A DNA stretch of 64,000 nucleotides from Paraspadella gotoi. Its lineage: Eukaryota; Animalia; Chaetognatha. Below are positions 23,320 through 37,668 of the stretch, in pieces. Where the stretch lies: NCBI GenBank assembly GCA_051294375.1, contig CM119265.1:21044555-21108554 (forward strand), in the 5' to 3' direction. A program made the translations under genes and the position numbers. The notes beneath the pieces were generated by a model that had not been told where the DNA came from, made no database searches, and worked only from the letters and a program-made list of their open reading frames with translations. Each line of letters opens with the position of its first letter. The first letter of the stretch is position 1.

Positions 23320-26300
23320 AACAAATGAACATAAGTTTAATTAACTTGGTAATTATAAGTCGATGCTCAAAAGCATAGTATGCAATGTAGCAGACAGAAA
23401 TACATACTGATCAGATTTTTCTTGTTTATATGGAGTAAGGAAGCCGAGTCAACGATTATATTTTCACAATAACTTTGCAGCTTGAATTTGTTGACAACTC
23501 GCCTCGGAGATGAATTGTGAAAGTTGAAAGATGAAAATAAAACATAAAAATATTAAATTGAAATCATTTTCAAAAACTATATCTGTCCCTTTAAGATCCT
23601 TTAGACTTCATGATTTGGATTCCAACTCTCAACCGCGTATTATTCTTCAAATTTCAATTTTCTTCTCAATTTTTCTCGCTTTTTTCCACTATTTGTTATT
23701 CCTCTATTAATATTCCACCTTGTTTTTTCCTTCCTTTTCTTTCCTCTCACTAAGAAACTTTATTTTTCTTTCTCAATTATCCTTTGTTTACTTTTAACTC
23801 GTCCATTTATCATTAATATTTTCCTTTTTTCCCCTCATTGTATTTTCCACTTAATCTTCTCATTTCCATCATTTTTCCTCTTTTTTTCCCTTTCGTCGTT
23901 TCTGTTTCCTTCGCGCGAACTATATTTATTCCTTCGGATATTTGGTGGCATCAAAAATTCAGCCTCGTTCCCGCCTCCATTTGTGTCTCGGGTCACGTGA
24001 TGTCGCTGTCCTCGCTGGCCCCAAGCGGAAAAGAAAAAAAAAGATCTCGGGGAAAACATAAGAACAGCGAAGATGGCGAAAGGAAGAACACTAGAAAAAC
24101 TCTGAAAGCGAGATACTGTCCTGAATAACCTTATTTCAAAAAAAAAGGAAGAATATTTTGGCAAGAACCGATTAGGGCTACCCGCGATGATACCGGAGCA
24201 AAAATGAAGGAAGACATTAAAATTTAATCAGCGCAACCAAAAAGCCGAACGAAAGAGAAATATGGGAGATGGTCTAAAAATAGAAGGGAAAAGAAGGGGG
24301 AAAGCAAAAGCTGCAAAAGAGAGAGAGAGAGATTGGCTCAGTAGTGGAAAAAGGAAGAGGAAGTTAAATTGAAAAGGAAGGGGAAAAGTATCGATAACAA
24401 AAGTAAATAAAAGAAATTAAAAAGAAAAGAAGAAATAATAAAAAGATGAGAAAGAAGAAATGAAGGAAGTCAGAGCGTGAGTAAAACTGGGGAATGATGA
24501 AAGTTTCGTTAAGAAAGGATATGATTAAGGAGAAAATTATATTTTATTTGCTTATAATAGATCATTCTTTATTACTTATTAGGCGTTTTATGAAAAATCG
24601 TCTCTCGTATCGACATCGAAAATCCACAGAGAGAAACCCCAACAAGTTAACGTAAACAAACTATCCAAAGTCGGGAGACCATCTTATTTATTGAATAAAT
24701 AGACTCTTCTATGTTGGTTGTACCAATTTCATAAAATCAAAATTAAATTTAACCTTTAACATTTTAGATAAATTTTATCTCCTGCCAACCATAAACTTTC
24801 CAGAGAAAACTACTGCATTGGTTTTTTTTTCTCCCCCCCATTTTCTCTTATTTACTCGATGCCCAAAGTATGCAAATGTAATCGATCAAGATTTGGCTAC
24901 GCGTCCCACGGTGACGTTCGACTAGATTCGAGTCTAGGCTCCCAAAATTCCATCTCGGAGTAACGAAATTCTCTTTATTTCATTCGATAGTTTTTTCGAG
25001 TCGGAATCGTGAACTCATCGTCTGTCAGACGCTCGAATCCGCGGAAATGATTTTTTTTTTCGTGGAGATTTTTTTTTCTTGAAGTCGAGAGTCACGACTT
25101 CTCAGAGACACATTTTGTAGTGGATGAATTGATTTTTCTTATTTTTAAGAAAAATACATAATAGCAAACGAAAAACTTTTTATTACATGTAAGTAGTTTA
25201 CACCTATCTGTAGATATAAAGAAAGATGAAGAAAACATTTTTAAAAACAGTTATCAGAAAAAAAATCAAATAAGAGCTTTAATTCGAAATCGGTTCCCAA
25301 ACTCTCTCTCTCTCTCGATCTCTACTCCCACTAAGACTACGCAGATCTCTCCTCTTCGCTCTCTCCGCTTCACTCTCTCTCTCGCCTCTCTTCTCTCGTC
25401 ATGTCATCTCTCTCCCTCTCTCCCTCTCTCTATTCGGTTAGACTTTTTCCATCCTTCACTTTCTTAAGGGGATGCCTTTCATGTTCAATTTCGCTTTACA
25501 CAACGATGCAAAATTGATTTTCGGCCCCAAGAAAAAAAAAGGAATTTTTTTTGTCAGTGAACGACAAACACGAACAAAGACTTTGTCAAATTATAAAAGA
25601 TTGCGAGCAATAAATGCAAAATAGTTAAGTTATAAAATATCTCACTTTAATGCTATTTAATTTTTTTTTAAAATGCAACAACAAACTGTCCTATATAAAT
25701 CTTTTCAGGCATCTAAGCAACACCTAAAGTATATATATATAAACAAACAAGGTAATTAAAAATATTTAAACCTAAAGTTATGAAAGGCAATGTTAAATTT
25801 CAATTTAATATATAATAAAGCGATAAAAAAAGAAGTAAGCGACAGGAAAAACTTTGCCAAATCGATGAAGAGCGTTGAATAACCGAAGTCTTGGAATTAA
25901 AAGGCTAAAGATAATGACCACCAAGCATTCTGATGCTAGAAATGGAAAGCATCGATTGATCGGGCGTCGACCCAAAAGTCCATTACTAAAGATAACAAAA
26001 ACGAAACTAAAATCATTAAGAACAACAACAAGAAAAAATTAAAAGGTAAAAGGTACAGAAACAGTAGCGACTTCGACGAGAACGATGACATAAGTTACAA
26101 AATACAAAACTAACATACAAAACCACCAAAGCCTGTCCAAAGTCAGGGGCGAAATAGCTTATTTATTAAATGAATGGATAATTTTTAATTTTGTTTTTAC
26201 CAATTACCTAAGCAGGGAAATTAAAAGTCAACTACCCAAACGAAAGCAACAAAAACTTCAGGAAAAACAACAACAACAGCAACAACTACAACAATCGACA

Positions 26301-29051
26301 ACAACGACAACTAATGTCGAGTTCGTGCTGAGAAAATTCCCCCCCCTCCTCCGCCCCCCCCTCTTTCCAGCAAATCTCGGCGAAACGACTCTTCCCGCCT
26401 TTTTTATTTATCGATGGGTTCGTAAAATGGCGCCATTTCCTCTTCACAAATCAAATAAATCTAATAAATCCCCAATAAAGCCGAAACGAAATAACGTTTC
26501 ATCTTTGATTCATTTTTTTTTATTTTCGAGCTCATCTCTTGATTTATGGTCCATTTCGTCAAATTAGCCGAAATGAGAAAAATAGCCTACCTCCCCCACC
26601 CTCTTGTTTCGCCACTTTTTTGTTTGTTTGTTTGTTTGTTTGTTTNNNNNNNNNNNNNNNNNNNNNNNNNNNNNNNNNNNNNNNNNNNNNNNNNNNNNNN
26701 NNNNNNNNNNNNNNNNNNNNNNNNNNNNNNNNNNNNNNNNNNNNNNNNNNNNNNNNNNNNNNNNNNNNNNNNNNNNNNNNNNNNNNNNNNNNNNNNNNNN
26801 NNNNNNNNNNNNNNNNNNNNNNNNNNNNNNNNNAACTTTTTCTTTATCCTTTTTCATTTCGTCGTTCTACCTTGCTTTTCGTTCTCTCTCTCTCTCTCTG
26901 CCCCCCTCTCTCCCTCCCTCCCTATTTTTTTGACTCCCCCTCTCTCTCTCTCTCCCTCCCTGTCAGAATGACCGGATGAGGTTTCTTGTGTGCTCTGTCA
27001 ACAAGACGAAGTAAAAAGGAAAGCGCGTAACAAGGAATGAACCGCCTCGTGGCTAAAAAAGAAACTTATTTTTTTCTCGGAATGAAGAGTTCATTCGGGC
27101 TGAAGACTGAAGAGCTACAATATTGCTTTTTCGAAACGCGAAGAATGGAAAGAGCGCGCGGGGCCTTCGAGAGGGGGGTAAGGCGGGAAAGAGGGTAAGT
27201 TAAAAGAAAGACAATCCCGCTCCCGCTCCAGTCGCCGGTTGTGTTTACATTTCAATAATTCAGTTTGCTCAAACCTTTTGCGACGTCGGTGGGATGGTGG
27301 GGTGGGACGGGTCGAGGTGGGCGAGTGGGTGGTGGATGGTGGCCGATGGTGGGGTGGGAACCCGGGTCCCGGACGAGTATGTGGAGGGCGAAATGCCGAG
27401 GAACCATCCGCAGGGTACGCCAGGACGATAATTGTTAGAGAGTCGTCCAATTCTTTAGCCACCCATTAATTTTTTGTATTTAGTTGTGGTGTTATTTTTG
27501 TAAATATTTGGTAAAAATCATGTAAATTTTAAGTAAATTGTCCTATGCTTTTTATTTGCCCATGAGTCAAGTTTGTTTTTTTTAGATTAAATCAAAATCA
27601 TTTGTTATTTTACTATTGAGCAGAGAGAGAGAAGAGGTGATATGAGAAGAATGACGGAGGAGATGAGTGTAGAGATTAGAATGACGAGCGAGAGGTAGGG
27701 GAAGCAGCGGACGAGAGAGAGAATAGCGAGAGACGGGTCATCAGCGGTAAGTGAAAAGTTCTGACGGTTGATTGCAGTCTCTCTGCGAATTTCCAAACGA
27801 AAAGTTTCTTTGCAAGGCTGAGTGCAAAGTTGAAGGTTCTCTGAACCTCGGGGTGTTGGGTTATGACGCGGACGAAGGATCAGAGAGAGGCTGGCTGAGA
27901 AAGAAGTACTCCAGACCTTATCCCCTCCACTGCCTTTTATTATATACCTGTAGAATGATCCAAAGTTTATACGAGTGAAAACATATTTTAACCTATTTAA
28001 TCACCTCGTCTTCTCAGATATCGCGGATAACAAATCTTCAACCAGCCCTCCACCCGATACGTCTTCTGATTACCTCCGAAGGACCGCAAAAGAAAAGTTC
28101 AACATTGTTGTCAAGTATATATATTATGGATGAAATTCTATTATTGAAGAATTCTAATTATATCACTTCCAACAGTGGTTCGAATTGTGAAAGTGAGAAT
28201 AGTTATGTAATTTCCGGTGACAAAAGATCGAATTGTAAGTTTAAAATTAATAATAATTAGATGAGACAAAAAATATAATAATTATGAGAACAAATAGGAA
28301 AGACTCGACGAACAAAGATCACTCTTTCTTCCTACGTTTCCGCCCTCTCTCTAACTTGCCTTCTGCTTTTCGCCTGCAACATGGTTTGGCATTCTCGTCT
28401 TTATTGCGTATTCTGGCATTGTTCTTTGGCCATCCGCCCTGTTTTTACCCATGTTTTACACTCGAACAAAACCAATTTTTTAAACTGGGTGTTGTTCTTC
28501 CGTGTTCATACGTGAAAAAAAAGCTTTATATCCGCGAATTGCGGAAAGATATGGCTAGATATATTTCGCGAATTATTTTTTTCTTATTCTTTTTTCAAAA
28601 TCTGTATTTCATTGTATGCATTTAGATTTTCTATTTTTTATATTTATTTCGTCTAGTTTTTAATTACGTATTTAAGCTTTATTCAAATAGTCAGACATGT
28701 CATTTAAATACAGCGATGCTTACCGCGAGCAGTTTTTTAACTTTATTTTTTCGTTTAAAACTAAGTATCTATTTACTTTAGGTTAGACGTTGGCTTTCTT
28801 TCTGGGGAATCTGAACCAAAAGATGAAAAAATTGACCGACTTATAAAATTCACGGCGATTTAGATTTAAAAAACTATTGCAGCCAATATGTACCCGCGTG
28901 GCCGCAGACTACGTCTTACATCGAATGCTCTCCTCGCTCCCTTACCAAATCGCGTCGCATCGAGGAGCTCAACAAAACTCCATGGCAAACGTGGAAGCGA
29001 ACGGTCATGTGAACTTCTATCGACGTCGCGAGATCTCAGCGCGAACCTGCG

Positions 29052-29660
29052 ATGCTCCTGGAGCGGAACAGAACACCCAGAGCGGCGCTGCGAGGCATGA
29101 GACAGAATTTAAGGAGACATCAACGAGAAGCAGCGCCATCAACTAAAACACCGCGAAGCTCTTCCTCTCCCGCGCAGGTTGGAGACACTCCCTGCTACTC
29201 ACATCCGTGGCAAATGCGCCGTCACGCTGCCAATGAGCAGACAGAGAGTCTTGTATCTCTTGATCTCAACAAAGACGACGACCTACTTTTACTCGCCTGT
29301 GTTTATGATCCTCAGCAGAAACCTTGCTTGCGGACAAGCCGGAGAAATTTCATGTGGGTTCGCCGAGGAGGAGAAGCGCGCAGGCGGCGCGAAGAGCGCG
29401 GAAGAGGAGATGAGGGTAGCAAGTGGACCCAATGTCCCCAAGACCTTTCCATTCAACTCGGTACAAACGATGGAAGAGCTTCATGTCTGATTAGAGACCG
29501 CCAGTGTGCGACCCAGACTCGCCAAATAGTGTGAACAGACAGACAAAGTTGACCAGTTCATGGTGGTGCCTAGATCAGTGTGCACCTTTGCCCGGGCACT
29601 AGACTGCACTTCTACGCAACGATAGCGACAGCCTTCGTTGGACGCACATGTCTGCGAGGC
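29052..29660 (+). pseudogene. Degenerate SGNH/GDSL hydrolase-like ORF remnant (possible LINE ORF1-type esterase)
   Basis: Ordered motifs VGDT (block I-like), PQDLSIQLGTND (block III GxND) and VHLCPG..FYATIATAF (block V-like) within a GC-richer island; stops and frame changes present. Confidence 0.35.
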
Positions 29661-29914
29661 AGCAGCCTTCGCGGGGATATTCACGACTCATGCATTAGCT
29701 ATGATTGTGTTGCCAACAAGCACAACTATGCACGATACTTCAAAGGTAAAATTTATTTTATGAATTATAAAAAAAAATGAATAAATTAATTGTTTTGGGT
29801 GATAAAAAATTATGACTGATAATTACATGTTGATTTAACTTTTATGTTTTATTAAATTAGGGAGAATAACTTTATTTTTAGTTTAATAANNNNNNNNNNN
29901 NNNNNNNNNNNNNN

Positions 29915-32900
29915 AAAAGGACGATAATTACCGACAAAAAATAAGTTGATAATCGCAAAAGTGACATGTCCCAATCCTCAGTTCGAGAAAGGTCGGTCGG
30001 AATCGCCCTTCGGCCAAGACGGCACGTCGTCGGAACCGGTCGCCCGACGACATCCTCAGCCGACAAGGCACGGATCGAGGTCAGTCTTCACCAGGGTCGG
30101 CACGGCACACCATCGGCCGCCGCCAGACTCGACAAGAGATGGCGCATCCCGGCGCGACAAGCCTCGTCTCCGCAATGATAGAGCGACGCGTGACTCTGCG
30201 TCCTCGATCGACCAATCAGAGCTCGGACTCTACATCCGGGGAGGCGCGACTCGGCGTCCACGCCTACTGTGACCGACCTCGACGTTGATGGATACGCGGC
30301 AAATCAGTTCTTTTTACTAGGAACACTATTTAATAATAAATATCATATGGTATTTTCATTTGATGAAAACAATAACAGGGCTTCGAATCGGCGACCGCCT
30401 CTTAAAGATCGACGAGCAACGAACAAATACGCTCATCCACTCCCAAGTGGTATGGATGCTGCAGGCCGCCGCACCGAGGCACCCGAGTCGGGATCTCCAC
30501 AGACGACCAATCCGTGGAAGCTGGTGTGCTTCGCGCCGACGAGGGACTCGGGGACCGGCGACACTCACGCGCCGACTCTGCCGTCCTCCTCCGTCAAGGA
30601 GGTTGAAGTGTCCGCGGAGACGGACGGATGGTTGGGCTGCAGCATCCGCGGCGGCGCAGACTTCGGGACGGAGCCCGTCATCTCTGCGTCGATCCCAACT
30701 CCCCGCCTCCAACGTCAACATCAAAAAGGGCGACCGCGGTCCTTCGCGTCACGGCATCGACGTCGCGCGTCTCGCTCACGATCGCATCGTCCACTTGATG
30801 ACGTCGAAACCGACGCTGAGAATGACGATCGCTGGAGCGTCGACCGCGCGTCGACGCCGCCGCCGACGACGAAGGCGGTGACGAGGCAGCGACCGCGGCG
30901 CACTCGGAATCTTCCGTCAACGGGACGAGCAAAACACGGAGATCGAGTGCCCGAGAAAGAGGCCACCGAACAAGGAAGATCGGCCGTCGAAATTGCGCCG
31001 CCTCGTCCGACGCCGCTGGATCAAGAGGCGTGGGTTCGACCGTCAGATCAAGGCCGCCGCCTCCGCCGCAGCCGGCAACGCAGCAGCTGCGAAACCGACG
31101 GAACCGATGTCGGAACTGCAGAGGAAATTCGCAGAAAGAACGCGAGTTTTGCGTCAAATTCTGTTCACCTTCTGCACCAAATTCTTTCGTCGAATCCTTC
31201 AGACGCACCTCCTATTGACAGAGGCGGCTCTCGATCTCGAAAATCTTCCGCTCGGAAACCGGCGCCGCGAGATCAAAGGTCCAATCCGGTTCGGCGACGC
31301 CGTCGAAGACGCAACCAACGCCGCCGACTAGAGGCGAAGTTTCGACGATCGAATCCGCGAAAACGGACGAGTGCACAACAGAAGAAGAGACAGGAGGCGC
31401 ACCCAGCCAATGGCCGCCACGAAGATCAGTTCTCGGGCCGCGGAGTCGGTGGCGCCTCAAAATGTGCTGCCATCCTCGCCAAGAAATGGCCAAAAAACGT
31501 CGACTCGTGGCGGAAATCAAGACAGTGGCGCCCCTAACGAAGCCGCTTTCAAACTGCGCCCCTCACCGGGATGGAATCGCCGAAACTCAGGGTCGAACGG
31601 CGACGTCAACTCGGATGCGACGTCGACCGACGCCGGCCGTCTGACCCTCTCGTCAAATCCTCTAAGTCCGTCTCCGTAACGCCCCTTCAGACCAACCCGG
31701 ACTCGGTCTCCAACCGCCTCGCCAAATTTCAATCCTCCAACTCGACGCCCCAATCATGCGCAGCCTCGGCGCACCCACCGCCGACCCAACGCGCCTTTGC
31801 TTAAAATTGCCATGAAGCTCCGTCGGCGCGAATAACCATCGGGCGGACAACGCCACTGTCGGTAAAGGGGGTTTCTCCGGATTTACCGTCGGTTCTGGCA
31901 AGGCGGCGGTGCCGAAAACCGGCGCTATTCGTCGATCTGACACAATGGACGTCATCGACGCCGCTCAGAATCACATCTGGCGCCAGAGGAGACCGAACAA
32001 AATGGCGTCGCCGCGCCGGAAGTCTCGGCGACGAGGAAAACCACCCCAATCGCCCGACGACGCCGATGAAGAAGATTCTCTCCGAACGATTCGAAAGAAC
32101 ATGGATCTGACGAACAAATCAATCGGCTCAAGTCCACGCCGACTTTAAGAACAATCTCGTCCTCATCGAAAAGAAAATGCGAGAGGGCGTGGCGACGCCT
32201 CTTCCGCAGTCGTCATGGAAACGACTAAGCGAATGATCGCTGAGACTTTTCCAGACATTTCCGCCGAGAGCGCGAGGATTTGCGGAAAGCCTTCGAGGAG
32301 GCAAGGTCGACGAAAAAAAGCTGAACACGTTTTCCATCGCCGAAGTTCCAGCGCGCGGGATCGGTAGCTGGCGAGCCAAAAGGTCGACGACGACGACGAA
32401 GAAATCTACGACGGATTCCATCAAGATGAAGCAGGTTCACTTCGCCAAATCCCGAGCCGCCGGCGCCGCAAACGCAGAGAAGAGCCGCAACGGAAAACGC
32501 GGCGCCGGACGCGGACGCGCGGCCGACGCGCCGCTGCCGCCGCCGCTGTCAAAGACTGGAAGCCGACGCTGTTCGCCCGTTGCGAGCAGAAGCAAATGGC
32601 CGCCGCCAAAGACGACGCGATGCAGCACAGCAGCAGCAACGACTGCGGCGATCGAGGAGCGTGGATCGAGCGGCGAGCGGCGGAATTCTCGCCCGATCGA
32701 CGACAGAGAATGCGGCGGCGTGCTGTCGCTACGAGGATCGGGCGGGAGAGAGCAGAGCGGCGGTTGCAGCGGCAGCAGCGTCATTGGGGAGGTCTCAATT
32801 CTTCGATCTTCGACAACGCCGCCGAAGTCACGAACCCCACCAGCGGCGCCGTGTCGACGTCTTTAAAGGAGAAGGAAAGTTGAAGCAGTTTGTCGCACGA

Positions 32901-34969
32901 GCCATGCAGCAGCAAACGAGGACAGCCTTTCACAAGGCGCTCGACACAGATACTACGACGACGAAATTGGTGAAATTGAAACAAATGAACATAAGTTTAA
33001 TTAACTTGGTAATTATAAGTCGATGCTCAAAAGCATAGTATGCAATGTAGCAGACAGAAATACATACTGATCAGATTTTTCTTGTTTATATGGAGTAAGG
33101 AAGCCGAGTCAACGATTATATTTTCACAATAACTTTGCAGCTTGAATTTGTTGACAACTCGCCTCGGAGATGAATTGTGAAAGTTGAAAGATGAAAATAA
33201 AACATAAAAATATTAAATTGAAATCATTTTCAAAAACTATATCTGTCCCTTTAAGATCCTTTAGACTTCATGATTTGGATTCCAACTCTCAACGCGTATT
33301 ATTCTTCAAATTCAATTTTCTTCTCAATTTTTCTCGCTTTTTCCACTATTGTTATTCCTCTATTAATATTCCACCTTGTTTTTTCTTCCTTTCTTTCCTC
33401 TCACTAGGAAACTTTATTTTTCTTTCTCAATTATCCTTTGTTTACTTTTAACTCGTCCATTTATCATTAATATTTTCTTTTTCCCTCATTGTATTTTCCA
33501 CTTAATCTTCTCATTTCCATCATTTTCCTCTTTTTTTCCTTTCGTCGTTTCTGTTTCCTTCGCGCGAACTATATTTATTCCTTCGGATATTTGGTGGCAT
33601 CAAAAATTCAGCCTCGTTCCCGCCCTCCATTTGGTTCGGGTCACGTGATGTCGCTGTCCTCGCTGGCCCCAAGCGGAAAAGAAAAAAAAAGATCTCGGGA
33701 AAACATAAGACAGCGAAGATGGCGAAAGGAAGAACACTAGAAAAACTCTGAAAGCAGATACTGTCCTGAATAACCTTATTTCAAAAAAAAAGGAAGAATA
33801 TTTTGCAAGAACCGATTAGGCTACCCGCGATGATACCGGAGCAAAAATGAAGGAAGACATTAAAATTTATCAGCGCAACCAAAAAGCCGAACGAAAGAGA
33901 AATATGGGAGATGGTCTAAAAATAGAAGGGAAAGAAGGGGGAAAGCAAAAGCTGCAAAAAGAGAGAGAGAGATTGGCTCAGTAGTGGAAAAAGGAAGAGG
34001 AAGTTAAATTGAAAAGGAGGGAAAAGTATCGATAACAAAAGTAAATAAAAGAAATTAAAAAAGAAAGAAGAAATAATAAAAGATGAGAAAGAAGAAATGA
34101 AGGAAGTCAGAGCGTGAGTAAAACTGGGGAATGATGAAAGTTTCGTTAAGAAAGGATATGATTAAGGAGAAATTATATTTTATTTGCTTATAATAGATCA
34201 TTCTTTATTACTTATTAGGCGTTTTATGAAAAATCGTCTCTCGTATCGACATCGAAAATCCACAGAGAGAAACCCAACAAGTAACGTAAACAACTATCCA
34301 AAGTCGGGAGACCATCTTATTTATTGAATAAATAGACTCTTCTATGTTGGTTGTACCAATTTCATAAAATCAAAATTAATTAACCTTTAACATTTTAGAT
34401 AAATTTTATCTCCTGCCAACCATAAACTTTCCAGAGAAAACTACTGCATTGTTTTTTTTTCTCCCCCCCATTTTCTCTTATTTACTCGATGCCCAAAGTA
34501 TGCAAATGTAATCGATCAAGATTTGGCTACGCGTCCCACGGTGACGTTCGCTAGATTCGAGTCTAGGCTCCAAAATCCATCTCGGAGTAACGAAATTCTC
34601 TTTATTTCATTCGATAGTTTTTTCGAGTCGGAATCGTGAACTCATCGTCTGTCAGACGCTCGAATCCGCGGAAATGATTTTTTTTTCGCGGGAGATTTTT
34701 TTTTTCTTGAAGTCGAGAGTCACGACTTCTCAGAGACACATTTTGTAGTGGATGAATTGATTTTTCTTATTTTTAAGAAAATACATAATAGCAAACGAAA
34801 AACTTTTTATTACATGTAAGTAGTTTACACTTATCTTAGATATAAAGATATAAAGATAAAGATAAAGATATAAAGATATAAAGAAAGATGAAGAAAACAT
34901 TTTTAAAACAGTTATCAGAAAAAAAAATCAAAATAAGAGCTTTAATTCGAAATCGGTTCCCAAACTTCT

Positions 34970-35003
<34 letters not shown>

Positions 35004-36913
35004 CCTCTCTCTCTCTCTCCCTCTCTCTCTCTACTCCTCTCTCTCTCTCGTCCTCTCTCCCCTCTCTCCCCTCTCTCTCCTCTCTTCTCTATTCGGTTAG
35101 ACTTTTATCCATCCTTCACTTTCTTAAGGGATGCCTTTCATGTTCAAATTTCGCTTTACACAACGATTGCAAAATTGAAATTTCGCGCCCAAAAAGAACA
35201 AAACAAAAGGGAATTTTTTATTTCAGTGCCAGTGAACGACAAAACGAACACAAGACTTTGTCAAATTATAAAAGATGCGAGCAATAAACTGCAAAATAGT
35301 TAAGTTATAAAATATCTCACTTTATGCTATTAATTTTTTTTATTATGCAAACAACAAACTGTCCTATATAAATCTCTCTTCAGGCTTCTAAGCAACACCA
35401 AAAGTATATTATATATAAACAAACAAGGTAATTAAAAAATATTTAAACCTAAAGTTATGAAAGCCAATGTTAAATTTCAATTTAATATATAATAAAGCGA
35501 TAAAAAAAAAAAGTAGCGACAGGAAAAACTTTGCCAAATCGATGAAGAGCGTTGAATAACCGAGTCTGCGAATTAAAAGGCTAAAGATAATGACCACCAA
35601 AGCATTCTGATGCTAGAAATGGAAAGCATCGATTGATCGGCGTCGACCCAAAGTCCATTACTAAAGATAACAAAAACGAAACTAAATCATTAAGAACAAC
35701 AACAAGAAAAATTAAAAGGTAAAAGGTACAGAACAGTAGCGACTTCGACGAGAAACGTGAATAAGTTTACAAAATACAAAACTAACATACAAAACCACCA
35801 AACCTGTCCAAAGTCAGGGCGAAATAGCTTATTTATTAAATGAATGGATATTTTTAATTTTGTTTTTTACCAATTACCTAGCAGGAAATTTAAAAGTCAA
35901 CTATCCCAAACGAAAGCAACAAAAACTTCAGGAAAAACAACAACAACAGCACAACTACCAACAATCGACAACAACGACAACTAATGTCGAGTTCGTGCTG
36001 AGAAATTCCCCCCCCCTCCTCCGCCCCCCCTCTTTCCAGCAAATCTCGGCGAAACGACTCTTCCGCCTTTTCTATTTATCGATGGGTTCGTAAATGGCGC
36101 CATTTCCTCTTCACAAATTCAAATTAAATTAATAATCCCCAATAGCGAAACGCAAATAACGTTTCATCTTTTGATTCATTTTTTTTTATTTCGAAGCTCA
36201 TCTCTTGATTATGGTCCATTTCGTCAAATTATGCCGAAATGAGAAAAAATAGCCTACCTCCCCCACCCTCTTGTTTCGCCACTTTTTTTGTTTGTTTTTG
36301 TTTGTTTGTTTGCTTTTGTCTTCTTCTTTCTCTTCTTTCTTCTTTCTTTCTTTCTTCTTCTTTTCTTTCTATCTCTTTCTTTCTTTTCTTCTCTTTTCTT
36401 TCGTTCTTTCTTTCTTTCTTTTTTCCCTAGTTCCGTAACTTTTTCTTATCCTTTTTCATTTCGTCAGTTCTACCTTGCTTTTCGTTCTCTCTCTCTCTCT
36501 CTGCCCCCCTCTCTCCCTCCTCCCATTTTTTGACTCCCCTCTCTCTCTCTCCCTCCCTGTCAGAATGACGGAGAGGTTTTTGTGTGCTCTGTCAACAAGC
36601 GAAGTAAAAAGGAAAGCGCGTAACAAGGAATGAACCGCTCGTGCTAAAAAAGAAACTTATTTTTTTCTCGGAATGAAGAGATTTCATTCGGGCTGAAGAC
36701 TGAAGAGCTACAATATTGCTTTTCGAAACGCGAAGAATGGAAAGAGCGCGCGGGCCTTCGAAGGGGGGTAAGGCGGGAAGAGGGTAAAGTTAAAAGAAAA
36801 GACAAAATCCGCTCCCCGCTCCAGTCGCCGGTTGTGTTACATTTCAAATAATCAAGTTTGCTCAAACCTTTTTGCGACGTCCGGTGGATGGTGGGGTGGA
36901 CGGGTCGAGGTGG
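29915..36913 (+). repeat. ~7-kb direct duplicate of 20185-27322
   Basis: Starts straight after the 25-N gap with aaaaggacgataattaccgac and ends at gggtcgaggtggg; collinear throughout. Confidence 0.9.
29966..32979 (+). pseudogene. Frameshifted copy of the tandem-PDZ gene
   Basis: Direct copy of 20237-23319 differing mostly by 1-bp deletions. Contains VKEVEVSAETDGWLGCSIRGGADFGTEPVIS and GLRIGDRLLKIDEQRTNTLIHSQVVWML. Confidence 0.75.
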
Positions 36914-37076
36914 GAGGAGAGTCCGAGCTTTCCGCTTTTAATTATTATACAGTGAATCGCTCTTCTCGCCGTCGGAACATCTTTCACAGCCTCCGAGATC
37001 GATTCACGAGCGCGTGAGGATTAGATTGAGATCTCATTTCTCGGTTTCGATTGTGAAGTGAGATTGTGAGACTTGG

Positions 37077-37154
<78 letters not shown>

Positions 37155-37625
37155 TGAGTCGAGAATGAATCCATATTTCACGCTTTCGAACGATGTAATT
37201 CGCGAGAAAGATCACGGGGTTTGAAATGGAATTATGAATTATGAAATTATGGATTCTTGAGGTTAACATCGTTTTACATGAAAAATAGTCTCTACTGATT
37301 TTAATTAAAAATATTTTTATTATAAAGATTAAGCATCACCATCTCCAATAATTGTATTGCTCTTTGGGAACAACTTGAGGCATTTTCGTTTCTCATCTTC
37401 GCAGATCCCAAACAACGCATGAATGGTTTTTATTATTCTAACATTCCAGCTGTTTTCTCCATTCACTATAAAACCATTTAAAGACTCCCCATCCTAATTT
37501 GTATTTGCCTCGACTTATCCTTTACTCACCCGAAACTTGTTTCTCTCTTTCTCTCGCGCGGATTCCGTCGACGCTCAAGGATTCATCGTCGCGTTTCGTC
37601 TTCGTGTAATCCGAGGATTAACTAA

Positions 37626-37668
<43 letters not shown>

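Larger units (their letters stand above)
11541..23494. repeat. ~6-kb inverted duplication centred on the 25-N gap at 17659-17683
   Basis: 11541 caacaaattcagctgcaag is the reverse complement of ~23475-23494. The PDZ gene, minisatellite and upstream flanks are all mirrored. 459-6690 is a further direct copy of the left arm. Confidence 0.9.

Noticed and set aside
27100-27145. CTGAAGA...GAAAC as another hammerhead
   Set aside because: No stem II abutting GAAA and no NUH cleavage triplet or stem III.
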